NCBI GenBank assembly: GCA_965248175.1 | Contig: OZ252093.1 | Coordinates: forward strand, 2,782,406-2,846,405 | Source: Rhodothermales bacterium | Lineage (GTDB): Bacteria; Bacteroidota; Rhodothermia; Rhodothermales; VXPQ01 | DNA length: 64,000 nucleotides | Reading direction: 5' to 3' | In this document: positions 49,380 to 58,065 of the stretch, in pieces | Layout of the letters: every line of letters starts with the position of its first letter | Position numbering within the stretch: the first letter of the stretch is position 1 | The notes under the pieces: model-generated | What the model was told of the DNA's origin: nothing | Database searches by the model: none | Seen by the model: the letters and a program-made list of their open reading frames with translations, nothing else | Made by a program: the position numbers and the translations under genes

Positions 49380-50337
49380 GGCGCCGGGGAATCATCTCCA
49401 CATCTCGCAGCACGATACCGTCCGGCATCTCCAGATGCGGCTCCACATAGCCCGTGGTGTCCCTGCGGATATCGTCCCAGGAAACCGTTGCAAAAAAATC
49501 CATGGCCCGCCGGGCGTCCTGGTACTGCGACAACATGACCCGGTATCGCACTTCCACCGCCGACGGTTCGAGCGAAACGAGCTGGCGCGTGGAGGGCTGG
49601 CCTTGCACCGTCACGACTATTTCGCGGGTGTCCTCCGTAAACTCCTGCGAAATCGCCCGCAGCATCACGTCCTCCACATTCTTCTCCACAAGCCCCCCCA
49701 ACGTATCCACAAGCGCCAGGCGCACCTCGAAGGTGTCGCGCACTGCCTGGAACGTTTGTGCAACCGTGGGCCACTCAGTCAGGCTACTCACGACGGAAAC
49801 AGCTCCCGCTACAGCAACAGAATCGGGAAATGCCTCGGGCGGCGCCAGTAAATCGTACGTAGCGGGCGTTTCGAGCGTGATGTTTGCCCGGATGGGAAGA
49901 ATACGCACGATCCGCCGCTCCTTGAACAAATTGGCGACTGCCGGGGTGACGGACTGCACCTGCACCTCCGGCAGAAATTCCGAAACGACGTCAGTGATCT
50001 GCACTTGCGACTGCGCTGCGCTAATAGGAACGACCGGAGAACGTAGTCCGAGTCTGAGCAGGGTCCATCCCTCTCCGACAGCCTGCACACGCACCGTCTC
50101 CGGGGGATACTGCGAGAGCGCCTGATCTTCGGGGATATTGACCACCTCAAGAGGCAGTTCGATGGTCCTCGTGTGCGTCTCGCGCATGGTGAAGGTGAAC
50201 CAGAGGAGCATCGATATGAGAATCGATAGAGCAATTTCCACGGTGTGGCGGCGGGAACCCGCCTTCGCATGCCCGTCGAAGGGACGCGTCAAAAACGGAC
50301 GGACCGCAAGCGCCTGATGCAGACGCCGCCGGAGCAT
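49354..50337 (-). CDS. YbbR-domain (CdaR-like) protein
   Basis: An N-terminal transmembrane segment is followed by repeated YbbR-like 'V.V.G' beta modules. The 270-nt N-terminal extension in the track (to 50607) lies in a non-coding repeat, so the start is set at ATG 50337. Confidence 0.6.
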   Translation of the reverse strand: MLRRRLHQALAVRPFLTRPFDGHAKAGSRRHTVEIALSILISMLLWFTFTMRETHTRTIELPLEVVNIPEDQALSQYPPETVRVQAVGEGWTLLRLGLRSPVVPISAAQSQVQITDVVSEFLPEVQVQSVTPAVANLFKERRIVRILPIRANITLETPATYDLLAPPEAFPDSVAVAGAVSVVSSLTEWPTVAQTFQAVRDTFEVRLALVDTLGGLVEKNVEDVMLRAISQEFTEDTREIVVTVQGQPSTRQLVSLEPSAVEVRYRVMLSQYQDARRAMDFFATVSWDDIRRDTTGYVEPHLEMPDGIVLRDVEMIPRRLAYYQRID

Positions 50338-50560
50338 GATTTGCAGGGATTCCCTGCCTGATTCCGGATCGATTCGAGACACGGCAGACAACAACGTGGA
50401 AGGTCCGGCATTAGACGCACCCGGCGGCGGGTTTGTTCGATGCCGCCGAAACCCCGCTACGCTCCCAAAAAAATCCCGCCTAACCGGCGTCCGCCAGCAA
50501 CCCGGCCATCCGGCGCCGGAATGCGCCGTGTTCCATTGAGCGCGGAATCCGGGCGAGCTG
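50298..50560. repeat. Direct repeat copy 1 (ybbR leader plus first 13 codons)
   Basis: By eye it aligns with 53060..53299 at roughly 80-90% identity, with one indel of about 19 nt ('ccccgctacgctcccaaaaa' present only here). Confidence 0.85.
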
Positions 50561-50607
50561 TCGGATAAATACCAAACTAACTCATTATTTGGAAGGTCTT
50601 CCGCCAC

Positions 50608-51226
50608 CGCAGAGGTGGTTCGGGTTGATTGGACAGATTTTGGCGGAATTCAAGGTGTAATGTTGCGACCTTGTTCCGACTCAATCAACCGGACGAGACC
50701 CATGGCGAAGGGCTTTCTCTACCTCGTGGCCGTGATCGACTGGCACAGCCGCAAGGTACTGGCGCACCGGCTCTCGAACACGCTGGATGCCTCCTTCTGC
50801 GTCGAAGCGATGGAAGAAGCCATTGCCCGCTACGGCGCCCCGGAAGGCTTCAACACCGACCAGGGAGCGCAGTTTACTTCGGAAGTGTTCACGGGTGCGC
50901 TCAAGGCGCACGGCGTGCGCATCTCTATCTCTATGGACGGCAAAGGCCGCTGGCTCGACAACGTGTACGTGGAGCGCCTATGGCGCAGCCTCAAGCAGGA
51001 AGAGGTCTACCGGCATGCGTACGAGACGGTGGCCGAGGCCAGGAAGGGGATTGCAGACTACCTGCGTTACTTCAACGAAGAGCGTCCTCACCAGGGACTT
51101 GACAACCGAACCCCCGATGACGTATTATACAAACGAAAGCCGCTGCCCATAGCGGCATAACCCGACGCGGCGCTACACTTAAAAACGCGAAAAAAACTGT
51201 CCAGTTTTTTCGGACCATTTCTGGAC
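50608..51226 (+). mobile_element. Internally deleted IS3-family element (remnant)
   Basis: It contains only the C-terminal DDE/rve part of OrfB. The right end '...AAAAAACTGTCCAGTTTTTTCGGACCATTTCTGG' resembles IS3/IS911-type termini. The left boundary 'GGTGGTTCGGGTTGATTGGACAGATTTT' is a diverged inverted match. The exact ends are uncertain. Confidence 0.6.
50615..51160 (+). pseudogene. IS3-family transposase OrfB, C-terminal fragment
   Basis: 'PMAKGFLYLVAVIDWHSRKVLAHRLS...FNTDQGAQFTS...DNVYVERLWRSLKQEEVY...YNEERPHQGL' covers the D, D and E regions. OrfA and the N-terminal part of OrfB are missing. The sequence upstream of PMAKG is out of frame. Confidence 0.85.
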
Positions 51227-51951
51227 CGCAAGGACCTGAGGGGCCACAGGGACCGCAAGGACCTCCCGGGGTTTTGCCAACTTATATTACTATAAATAGA
51301 GATGCTAATGAATCATTTGAACCGTCCGGCATCACAATAGATGACGATTATAATTTCCTTATAGCAACAAAACTTATAACAGGGTATGGGCTGGACGATA
51401 GGGTATACATATATCCATATGCAAGAGTAGATTTTGTCAGCATCTTTTTTTTAACAGGCGTAGGAAACTTTAGAGGTTTAGATTGGCATAATGATATAGC
51501 ATATGCTTTGGGGGACGATCCAGACGACGTTCATAGATATGATATGTCTACCAATACACAACTGACTGTATATAACATACCTGACCCATACGACGATCCA
51601 AGAGGTATCGCTTTGTTATCAAACGGTAACGTATTGATAGTTGATGTGGTTTATAATAGATTGATGGAGTTTAATACAACAGGAACAATAATTGATAGTG
51701 ACGTACTACACATAAACAATAATAATGCGTCAGGTTTATCGGTAGATTCGAGTGGTAATAGATATGTTACAGATTCATCAGATGCTCTGATATATAAATA
51801 TAACAGTTCTAATGTATTCCAAAATACCATATCTTTACATTCAGAAAACACAAACCCACAAGGTATAAAAATTAAAGGCAACGTAATGCATGTATTAGAC
51901 ACTACATCAGATACATTAACAGATAGGATTTATTTTTACCTACTACCATAA
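51223..51951 (+). pseudogene. 5'-truncated collagen-like (G-X-Y) / NHL-type beta-propeller protein gene, low GC
   Basis: The frame is open from the IS3 end and reads 'GPQGPEGPQGPQGPPG', then NHL-like blades ('PRGIALLSNGNVLIVDVVYNRLMEF', 'ASGLSVDSSGNRYVTDSSDALIYKY'). The track starts it at TTG 51274. No credible native start or signal peptide is present. Confidence 0.6.
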
Positions 51952-51956
51952 ACGAA

Positions 51957-53009
51957 GGGAATTACCCGGAAAGGTTGACGACGCCCTGTTCGTTGCCTGC
52001 CACGAGCGTTCTGTATGGCAGGAGTTTCCCTGCCATTGCGTCTACTACACGGCCCATTTGCTCCAGCGTATCGAGATTTCTTATGCCTTGGCGACCTGCG
52101 AAGTCCGCCACGTAGCGGTGAAGGTGCTTGACGCTCATCTTGTGATAAACGCCCTTGTGCGCCCGCTTCAGCGTAGCCCAGAAGGATTCGATGCCGTTCG
52201 TGTGCGCCTGTCCGCGCACATACTCGGCTGCGCTATGTTTCACCGTTTCGAGATCGTAGATATATCGCAAGCCGCTATAAGCCTTGCTGTCGTCGGTATA
52301 AACCGTAGCGCCGAACGCCGCACGGTCAAGCACGAAGTTTTGCAGGGTTTCGCTTGTCGTATCCTCTACGACCTCTGCCTTGATCTTGCCCGTGGCCCGG
52401 TCCTTCACGCCAACGATGGCCGTCTTGCCAACCGGCCCGCGTCCGGCGTGGAGTTTCCTCGATGCGTGCTTGTTCGCTTCCCTGCCGCCCACGTAGGTTT
52501 CGTCTACCTCGACAGGCCCGCCGAACAGGTTGTCGTCGTTCTCTTCGAATGCCTTGCGGATGCGCTGGAGCAGATGCCAGGCCGTATACTGACCGATACC
52601 TATATCCCGATGCAGTTTCATGCTGGATATGCCCTTCAGGTTCGTCATATGCAGGTAAATGGCGTAAGCCCATTTGCGAAGCGGTAATTTCGACGCCTGC
52701 ATAACGGTGCCGACCTTGACGGAAAAGTAGGAGCGGCAGTCGGTGCACCAGTAAGGCATCTTTGCATGAGACGCTTCGCACGTCCTTGTACTCTTGCAGC
52801 GCGGGCAATGGCGACCATCCGGCCAGATACGCGCCTCGAACCATTTGCGGGCCGCTTCCTCGTCAGGAAACATGTCGGCCAGTTGCATCAGGGTTATGCC
52901 GTTGCGGTACGCTTTTCCAGGTGCTTTATACATGACCTGCTCCGTTTGTTCTAAATGATTGTAAGTTATGAACTTAAAGGGAAAATGTCAACCTTTGTCT
53001 GTAATTCCC
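51957..53009 (-). mobile_element. IS1595-family insertion sequence (simple, 1,053 bp)
   Basis: The IRs are GGGAATTACCCGGAAAGGTTGAC (51957..51979) and the reverse complement of GTCAACCTTTGTCTGTAATTCCC (52987..53009), matching at 19 of 23 positions. They are flanked by the 7-bp direct repeat AAACGAA (51950..51956 and 53010..53016). Confidence 0.85.
51962..52933 (-). CDS. IS1595-family transposase
   Basis: 323 aa. Motifs are 'CPRCKS...WCTDCRSYFSVKVGTVMQASKL', '[10 protein letters not shown]', 'VYTDDSKAY' and '[14 protein letters not shown]'. Confidence 0.9.
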   Translation of the reverse strand: MYKAPGKAYRNGITLMQLADMFPDEEAARKWFEARIWPDGRHCPRCKSTRTCEASHAKMPYWCTDCRSYFSVKVGTVMQASKLPLRKWAYAIYLHMTNLKGISSMKLHRDIGIGQYTAWHLLQRIRKAFEENDDNLFGGPVEVDETYVGGREANKHASRKLHAGRGPVGKTAIVGVKDRATGKIKAEVVEDTTSETLQNFVLDRAAFGATVYTDDSKAYSGLRYIYDLETVKHSAAEYVRGQAHTNGIESFWATLKRAHKGVYHKMSVKHLHRYVADFAGRQGIRNLDTLEQMGRVVDAMAGKLLPYRTLVAGNEQGVVNLSG

Positions 53010-53059
53010 AAACGAAATACAAAAAAGAACGCAAAAGGATGTACCCAGCGTGTTAGAGA

Positions 53060-53299
53060 GACGGCCCGCAAGGGTCCGATGCAGACGCCCCGGAGCGTGG
53101 TTTGCAGGGGTTCCCTGCCCGATTCCGAATCGATTTGAGACACGACAGACAACGACATGGAAGGTCCGGCATTAGACGCACCCCCCGGCGGGTTTGTTCG
53201 ACACCCCCGAAATCCCGGCTAACCGGCATCCGCCAGTAGCCCGGTCATCCGGCGCCGGAATGCACTGTGTTCCATCGAGCAGGGAATCCGGGCGACCTG
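53060..53299. repeat. Direct repeat copy 2 (decayed duplicate; the ybbR ATG is changed to ACG)
   Basis: It has the same orientation as copy 1. 'ggagcatgatttgcaggg' in copy 1 corresponds to 'ggagcgtggtttgcaggg' here. Confidence 0.85.
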
Positions 53300-53450
53300 G
53301 TACGATTGCAAAACGCTTCGTTCGCGTGGTAATGTCAAGTAAAACGTGTGGGGCAAACGTCGTTGCGGAATTCGTGGTTCGGTATCGTATTTTGGGCATG
53401 CCATGTTTTCGGGGAGGGGTCTTTGCCGGGTGGCTAAAAAACCACAGGAA

Positions 53451-54398
53451 ATGAAACACGCTATTATCGCTTACCCGCATTCGAACAATCTGGGGGACTG
53501 TATCCAGTCGCTGGTGATCCCCATGCTTTTTGAGGGCCAGTTCGCGGAAGTCGACAGGGAAAGCCTGCACAGCTATCGCGGGGAACATCTGCACCTGGTT
53601 TGCAATGGGTGGTTTATGGAAAATCCGGATCATTGGCCCCCATCCGACGATATCACGCCTCTTTTTATTTCCTTCCACATCAATCCCCAGGCAAGAAAAA
53701 AACTTACAAACACCCGAAACATTGCCTATCTCAAAAAATACGAGCCTATCGGCTGCAGGGACCTTTACACCCGGAAGTTGCTTGAGAACCATGGGGTACG
53801 GTGCTATTTTTCGGGTTGCCTGACCCTGTGTTACCGAAGAGAAATGTTTCCGGAATTGCCGGACCGGCGCCATGGTGTGCTGCTTGTAGGCGCACTGGAC
53901 AGACTAAAACCTGCCCTCTATCCCGGTACGACCCTGTTTGCAAGACTGGTCCAACTTGTGAAGTACCCGCTACGGTACCTCAAATACAGGGCGGCCAGCC
54001 GAAGACTTGAACGAAAGCTCGGCGAGCTGGGTGCGCCAGTGCGAAGAATATCCCAGATTGCCGGAATGACGGATGTCAGGAATGGCGACACAAGGCAGCT
54101 GGCGCTGGAACTGATCAGGCAAATTGCATCTGCCGAGCTGGTCGTCACCTCGCGCATTCACACGGCGCTGCCGGCAACTGCCCTGCAAACGCCCGTGCTG
54201 TTTCTCACCGATGGACTGGGCCACATCAATCACAGAAGTCGCATTGAAGGTCTTGACAAGTATTTTCCGAGTTGCACAACCCGAGATCTCGATGCACTAG
54301 ACCTGACGGAAATCAGGCCACTGGAAAAGCACCTCGAATTGTCCGGCCGACTGATGGTCCAGCTGAAGAAAGCCCTGGACCTCCGTCTCAGGGTTTAA
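53451..54398 (+). CDS. Polysaccharide pyruvyl transferase family protein
   Basis: 'MKHAIIAYPHSNNLGDCIQSL' N-terminus. ATG 53451 is preceded by 'aggaa'. The track's longer start lies in the repeat region. Confidence 0.7.
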   Translation: MKHAIIAYPHSNNLGDCIQSLVIPMLFEGQFAEVDRESLHSYRGEHLHLVCNGWFMENPDHWPPSDDITPLFISFHINPQARKKLTNTRNIAYLKKYEPIGCRDLYTRKLLENHGVRCYFSGCLTLCYRREMFPELPDRRHGVLLVGALDRLKPALYPGTTLFARLVQLVKYPLRYLKYRAASRRLERKLGELGAPVRRISQIAGMTDVRNGDTRQLALELIRQIASAELVVTSRIHTALPATALQTPVLFLTDGLGHINHRSRIEGLDKYFPSCTTRDLDALDLTEIRPLEKHLELSGRLMVQLKKALDLRLRV

Positions 54399-54556
54399 GC
54401 GTTTGGACCGGAGCATACCGGATGGCAAGGTCCAGAACGCCCGACGCTCCAGCAGGAGGATATGCCGCCAGTTCTTCCTCAAGGATGGCTGCGCCCTTCG
54501 AAGCGTCGTAGCGAACCTGCACGTTCCGCCCCATCATGCGATATGTGCACATTCGC

Positions 54557-55669
54557 TCAGCGGACATGACGGGCGTCTCTTGTCAGTTCAGCTAAAATGG
54601 CCAGCAGGTTCTCCCGGCGGCGATCCCGGTGAAAAAGGCGCTCGATGCGCGCACGGGCTACCGTGCGTAACGTCGGATCCGCTGCGCGCAAGGCCGCTCG
54701 AACCGTCTCGCTGACGGCGGCAGCACGCGGCTCGTCCACCAGAAAACCGGCCTCGCCAATACAATCCGGAATGCCGAAGACCCGGCTACCTACCGGCACG
54801 CATCCGCACAACATAGCCTCGCACAACACGTTCGGCAAGCCCTCCGCTCTCGACAACTGCACATACACCGACATCTCGTGGTACTGCGCCGGTAACTGCT
54901 CGCGCGGCACGGGCGGGATCATCTCGACGTTCGGGGGCGGATCATACCGTGCGGCGATCGCTTCCCGATTGCGTACGCCTACGACCCGGAAACGAACGTC
55001 CGGCATGAGGCGGGCCGCGTCGAACAACAAATCGATCCCTTTGCGCAGAAACGTGCGCCCCTCGTCGATGAGCCCGACCGTTCCCACAACCGGAGCACGC
55101 TCGCCGGGCCCTGCCAGCCATACCTCCGGATCGTAGCCCGTGGGAACGACGCGGATAGCTGCGGGCGTATCCGGCGCAAGCATGCGAAAGCCGTATTCCC
55201 GTTCTTCCGGCCCTTCCGAAAAACGGTTCTTCGACCGGACCAGCGACGACGATACGGGAAGCAGGGTATCCACCCGGCGAAACACCATGCGGGCAATCCG
55301 CCGGCGCCAGCCGGTCAGCGCCACGCCGTACCCCAACGAAGGCAATGAGATGGCATCGAAGCCCCCCACAACCGCCAGCACGGGCTTGCGAAAACAGCGG
55401 GCCGCCACGACCGGCAGCGCCAGGTGATAGTCGACGAACCAGCCATAGACAGCCACCGCCCCGGGAAGCTCCCGGAGCAGCCAGACCAGTTGTTTGCACA
55501 ACAGCCCCGCAAATGCAAACAGCCCCGGCTTTTTCGCACCCCCGAACTCGAACGGCACCACCTCATACGCTTCTTCGAGCACGCGTATATCCTCTCGGAC
55601 AAACGAGGCAGGACGGATATAAATGAAGAGTAATTTCGGCAGCATGACGTGCAACACAGGGTGCGGCAT
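54557..55669 (-). CDS. Glycosyltransferase family 4 (GT-B)
   Basis: C-terminal 'SRAEGLPNVLCEAMLCGCVPVGS' EX7E-type motif. Start ATG 55669 overlaps the wecB stop (TAATG). Confidence 0.75.
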   Translation of the reverse strand: MPHPVLHVMLPKLLFIYIRPASFVREDIRVLEEAYEVVPFEFGGAKKPGLFAFAGLLCKQLVWLLRELPGAVAVYGWFVDYHLALPVVAARCFRKPVLAVVGGFDAISLPSLGYGVALTGWRRRIARMVFRRVDTLLPVSSSLVRSKNRFSEGPEEREYGFRMLAPDTPAAIRVVPTGYDPEVWLAGPGERAPVVGTVGLIDEGRTFLRKGIDLLFDAARLMPDVRFRVVGVRNREAIAARYDPPPNVEMIPPVPREQLPAQYHEMSVYVQLSRAEGLPNVLCEAMLCGCVPVGSRVFGIPDCIGEAGFLVDEPRAAAVSETVRAALRAADPTLRTVARARIERLFHRDRRRENLLAILAELTRDARHVR

Positions 55670-56718
55670 TACCGGTTCGCAAGCAACGCGGCGATACGGG
55701 CGGCGGCGCCCGGTTCCCCGGCTTCGGGAGCGGGCGTCTCCGGACGCATCCGGGCGGCTTCCGCGATGCGGGCCGGGTCTGCGCCAGCCAGCCGGTTCCA
55801 GCCCCCCTCCAGCGTTTCCACCCACTCGGTTTCTTCGCGCAGGGTGATGCACGGCACGCCCAGCCATACGGATTCTTTTTGCAGCCCTCCCGAATCGGTC
55901 AGCACAGCGCGGGCGCAACGCACCAGCGTGAGCATGCGCAGGTAGCTCAGGGGGTCTGTAATCTCCACATTCTCCGGTACGGCAATCCCGGAAAGACGGG
56001 CTTGCGTCCTCGGATGCAGCGGGACCACGACAGGAGCATCCAGCCGTCCCAGCCCTTCGAAAATACCTGCCAGCCGTTCGGAATCGTCGGTGTTCCCCGC
56101 CCGATGCACCGTGGCGGCATAATACGCGCCAGGGCCATGCGTCGTTACGGACGACAGGGGCGCCCGCCGTCCGGCCGCCTCCGCAAAAAAGCGCGTTGCG
56201 TCCAGCATCACGTCGCCCGTCAGGTGTACGCCCTCCACGATTCCTTCGGCAGCAAGGTTACGGACCGACGTTTCCGTCGGACAACAGAGTACAGCGGCCA
56301 GCCGGTCGGTCACGACCCGGTTGATTTCCTCCGGCATGCGCCGGTTGAAGGAACGCAACCCGGCTTCGACATGAACCAGCGGAATACCCAGCTTGGCGGC
56401 AACCAGCGCGCCGGCCAGCGTACCGTTCGTATCGCCGTACACCATCAACCAATCGGGCAGCGGCCCCTGCATCAGCAGGGCTTCGAGGCGCATCATCGTC
56501 TCGCCGGTCTGCACGGCGTGGGTACCGGACCCCGTTCCGAGGTTCGCATCAGGATCGGGCAGGCCCAGTTCCTCGAAAAAAACGGCGCTCATTTCCGGAT
56601 CGTAATGCTGCCCGGTATGCACCAGCGTTTCCTGAATGCCAGCGTCCATGAGGGCGCGGCGCAGGGGAGCTGCCTTGACGAACTGGGGGCGAGCGCCGAC
56701 GACGGTTACAATATGCAT
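55669..56718 (-). CDS. wecB: UDP-N-acetylglucosamine 2-epimerase (non-hydrolysing)
   Basis: 'MHIVTVVGARPQFVKAAPL...LVHTGQHYD...VYGDTN...HVEAGLRS...TDSGGLQKE'. Confidence 0.9.
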   Translation of the reverse strand: MHIVTVVGARPQFVKAAPLRRALMDAGIQETLVHTGQHYDPEMSAVFFEELGLPDPDANLGTGSGTHAVQTGETMMRLEALLMQGPLPDWLMVYGDTNGTLAGALVAAKLGIPLVHVEAGLRSFNRRMPEEINRVVTDRLAAVLCCPTETSVRNLAAEGIVEGVHLTGDVMLDATRFFAEAAGRRAPLSSVTTHGPGAYYAATVHRAGNTDDSERLAGIFEGLGRLDAPVVVPLHPRTQARLSGIAVPENVEITDPLSYLRMLTLVRCARAVLTDSGGLQKESVWLGVPCITLREETEWVETLEGGWNRLAGADPARIAEAARMRPETPAPEAGEPGAAARIAALLANR

Positions 56719-56751
56719 GGCAGGCGCGCTATGCGCAGAGAGTACGTTTAT

Positions 56752-58065
56752 CTATCGCCGGTCGGAAAGGCTGGAAAGCAATGCTGCGAGTTGCCGGGTC
56801 TGTTCCCGGCGGCTGTACCGGGCGATCCGGTCCGCAGGCGCTCCTTGTATGGGGGAACCCGCGCGCCATGCTTCGTAGTGCGTACGCAAAAAGGCGCGCA
56901 CGCCATCCGCATCGTCGAAATCGAACATGCGCCCCGCGCCGGTTTCCTGCAAAATACGAGCGGCGTCTCCGTCCACAGGACCCAACGCCAGCACAGGGCG
57001 GCCCGATGCAAGGTATTCGTACAACTTGCCGGTCGGAATGCCCTCCGCTCCCTGCACCCGGTTGATACAAAGAAGCAGCAACGCGGCTTCACGCATCCGG
57101 TCGATGGCTGCCCGGTGAGGAACATACGGAAACGTGTCGAGACGCACACCAGCGCAGGAGGCAGACGCGAAAGCAAGCACGGCGGGATCGACATGCCCCG
57201 TGAACCGGAGTTGCAAGGCGGGGCAATCCGACACCACCTCCGGATCGGATAGGGCCTTCCAGAGCGCCTCCGGATTTCGGGACCGGTTCATATTTCCCAC
57301 ATGGGCCACCACAAACGAATCGCCGGAAACAGTGTGAGAGGATGTGCCTTCCTCGAAATCGGCCGGATCGAAACCGTTTTCGATCACCTCCGGCGGCGCA
57401 TACCCCCGCTGTACAAACCGGCGCTGCATGGACGCGCTCACGACGGCAAATCCGTCGGCGTTCCGCAGCACCCGTCGTTCAAGAAAGGCGTCAAGCGCTC
57501 GGGCAAGACCCGTCATCGGCAGTTCGGCCTGAAAATCGATCTCTGTCCAGGGGTCCCGGAAATCGACGAGCCAGGGCGTGCCGTGCGTACGCCGCAGCGC
57601 CAGCCCTGCAAAATGGGTAGAATGCGGCGGCCCCGTAGTAAGCACGGCATCGTATTTCTGTTTCATCAGCGCCCGGGCGCGCGTCGTGGCAAACGGGACC
57701 CAGCCGACCCGCGCATCCGGCAGGAACAGGTTGGCCCGGAGCCACCGCGCGAACCGGCGGCCGGGAGTCGTACCATCCTCCCCGGTAAACCCGACCGATA
57801 TAACCTCCTGTTTTTTCCGGCCAAGCAACCGGGCGTACAACGCATAGGGGTCCCATGCTCCGGTGCGTTCCACCAGCGTACCCTCCGGAATGTCCGCCAC
57901 CGAATCCGGATCGGGATCGGGCCAGGAGGCGCTCTCCGGACGCACGGTAAGCACGGTAGGGCGCCATCCGAATTCGGGCAGGTATTTCACGAATTTCAGG
58001 CTGCGCTGCACACCCGGCCCGCCCGACGGAGGAAAATAGTATGTGACGAAGAGGAGCCGCTTCAT
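56752..58065 (-). CDS. Glycosyltransferase family 4-like protein
   Basis: 'MKRLLFVTYYFPPSGGPGVQRSLKFVKYL' N-terminus and a GT-B C-terminal half. Confidence 0.7.
   Translation of the reverse strand: MKRLLFVTYYFPPSGGPGVQRSLKFVKYLPEFGWRPTVLTVRPESASWPDPDPDSVADIPEGTLVERTGAWDPYALYARLLGRKKQEVISVGFTGEDGTTPGRRFARWLRANLFLPDARVGWVPFATTRARALMKQKYDAVLTTGPPHSTHFAGLALRRTHGTPWLVDFRDPWTEIDFQAELPMTGLARALDAFLERRVLRNADGFAVVSASMQRRFVQRGYAPPEVIENGFDPADFEEGTSSHTVSGDSFVVAHVGNMNRSRNPEALWKALSDPEVVSDCPALQLRFTGHVDPAVLAFASASCAGVRLDTFPYVPHRAAIDRMREAALLLLCINRVQGAEGIPTGKLYEYLASGRPVLALGPVDGDAARILQETGAGRMFDFDDADGVRAFLRTHYEAWRAGSPIQGAPADRIARYSRREQTRQLAALLSSLSDRR

Noticed and set aside
50340-50400. tmRNA-like 5' sequence: 'CCTGCCTGATTCCGGATCGATTCGAGAC' resembles the tmRNA start 'GGGGCTGATTCTGGATTCGAC', and the region borders mobile DNA (tmRNA genes are common integration sites).
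   Set aside because: There is no matching 3' T-arm or acceptor end (GGTTCGA.TCC...CCACCA) on either strand. No plausible tag reading frame ends in ...AA-stop. The sequence overlaps the ybbR start region. The similarity is probably coincidental.
50338-50607. A 90-codon N-terminal extension of the ybbR ORF ('MAEDLPNNELVWYLSDSSPGFRAQ...').
   Set aside because: It lies entirely in the duplicated non-coding leader and has no protein-like character. The duplicate copy does not preserve the frame. ATG 50337, followed by a transmembrane segment, is the sensible start.
53172-53873. A 233-aa minus-strand ORF spanning repeat copy 2 and the 5' part of the pyruvyl-transferase gene.
   Set aside because: It is antisense to a recognisable pyruvyl-transferase N-terminus, and the remainder lies in the decayed repeat. 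No motifs are present.
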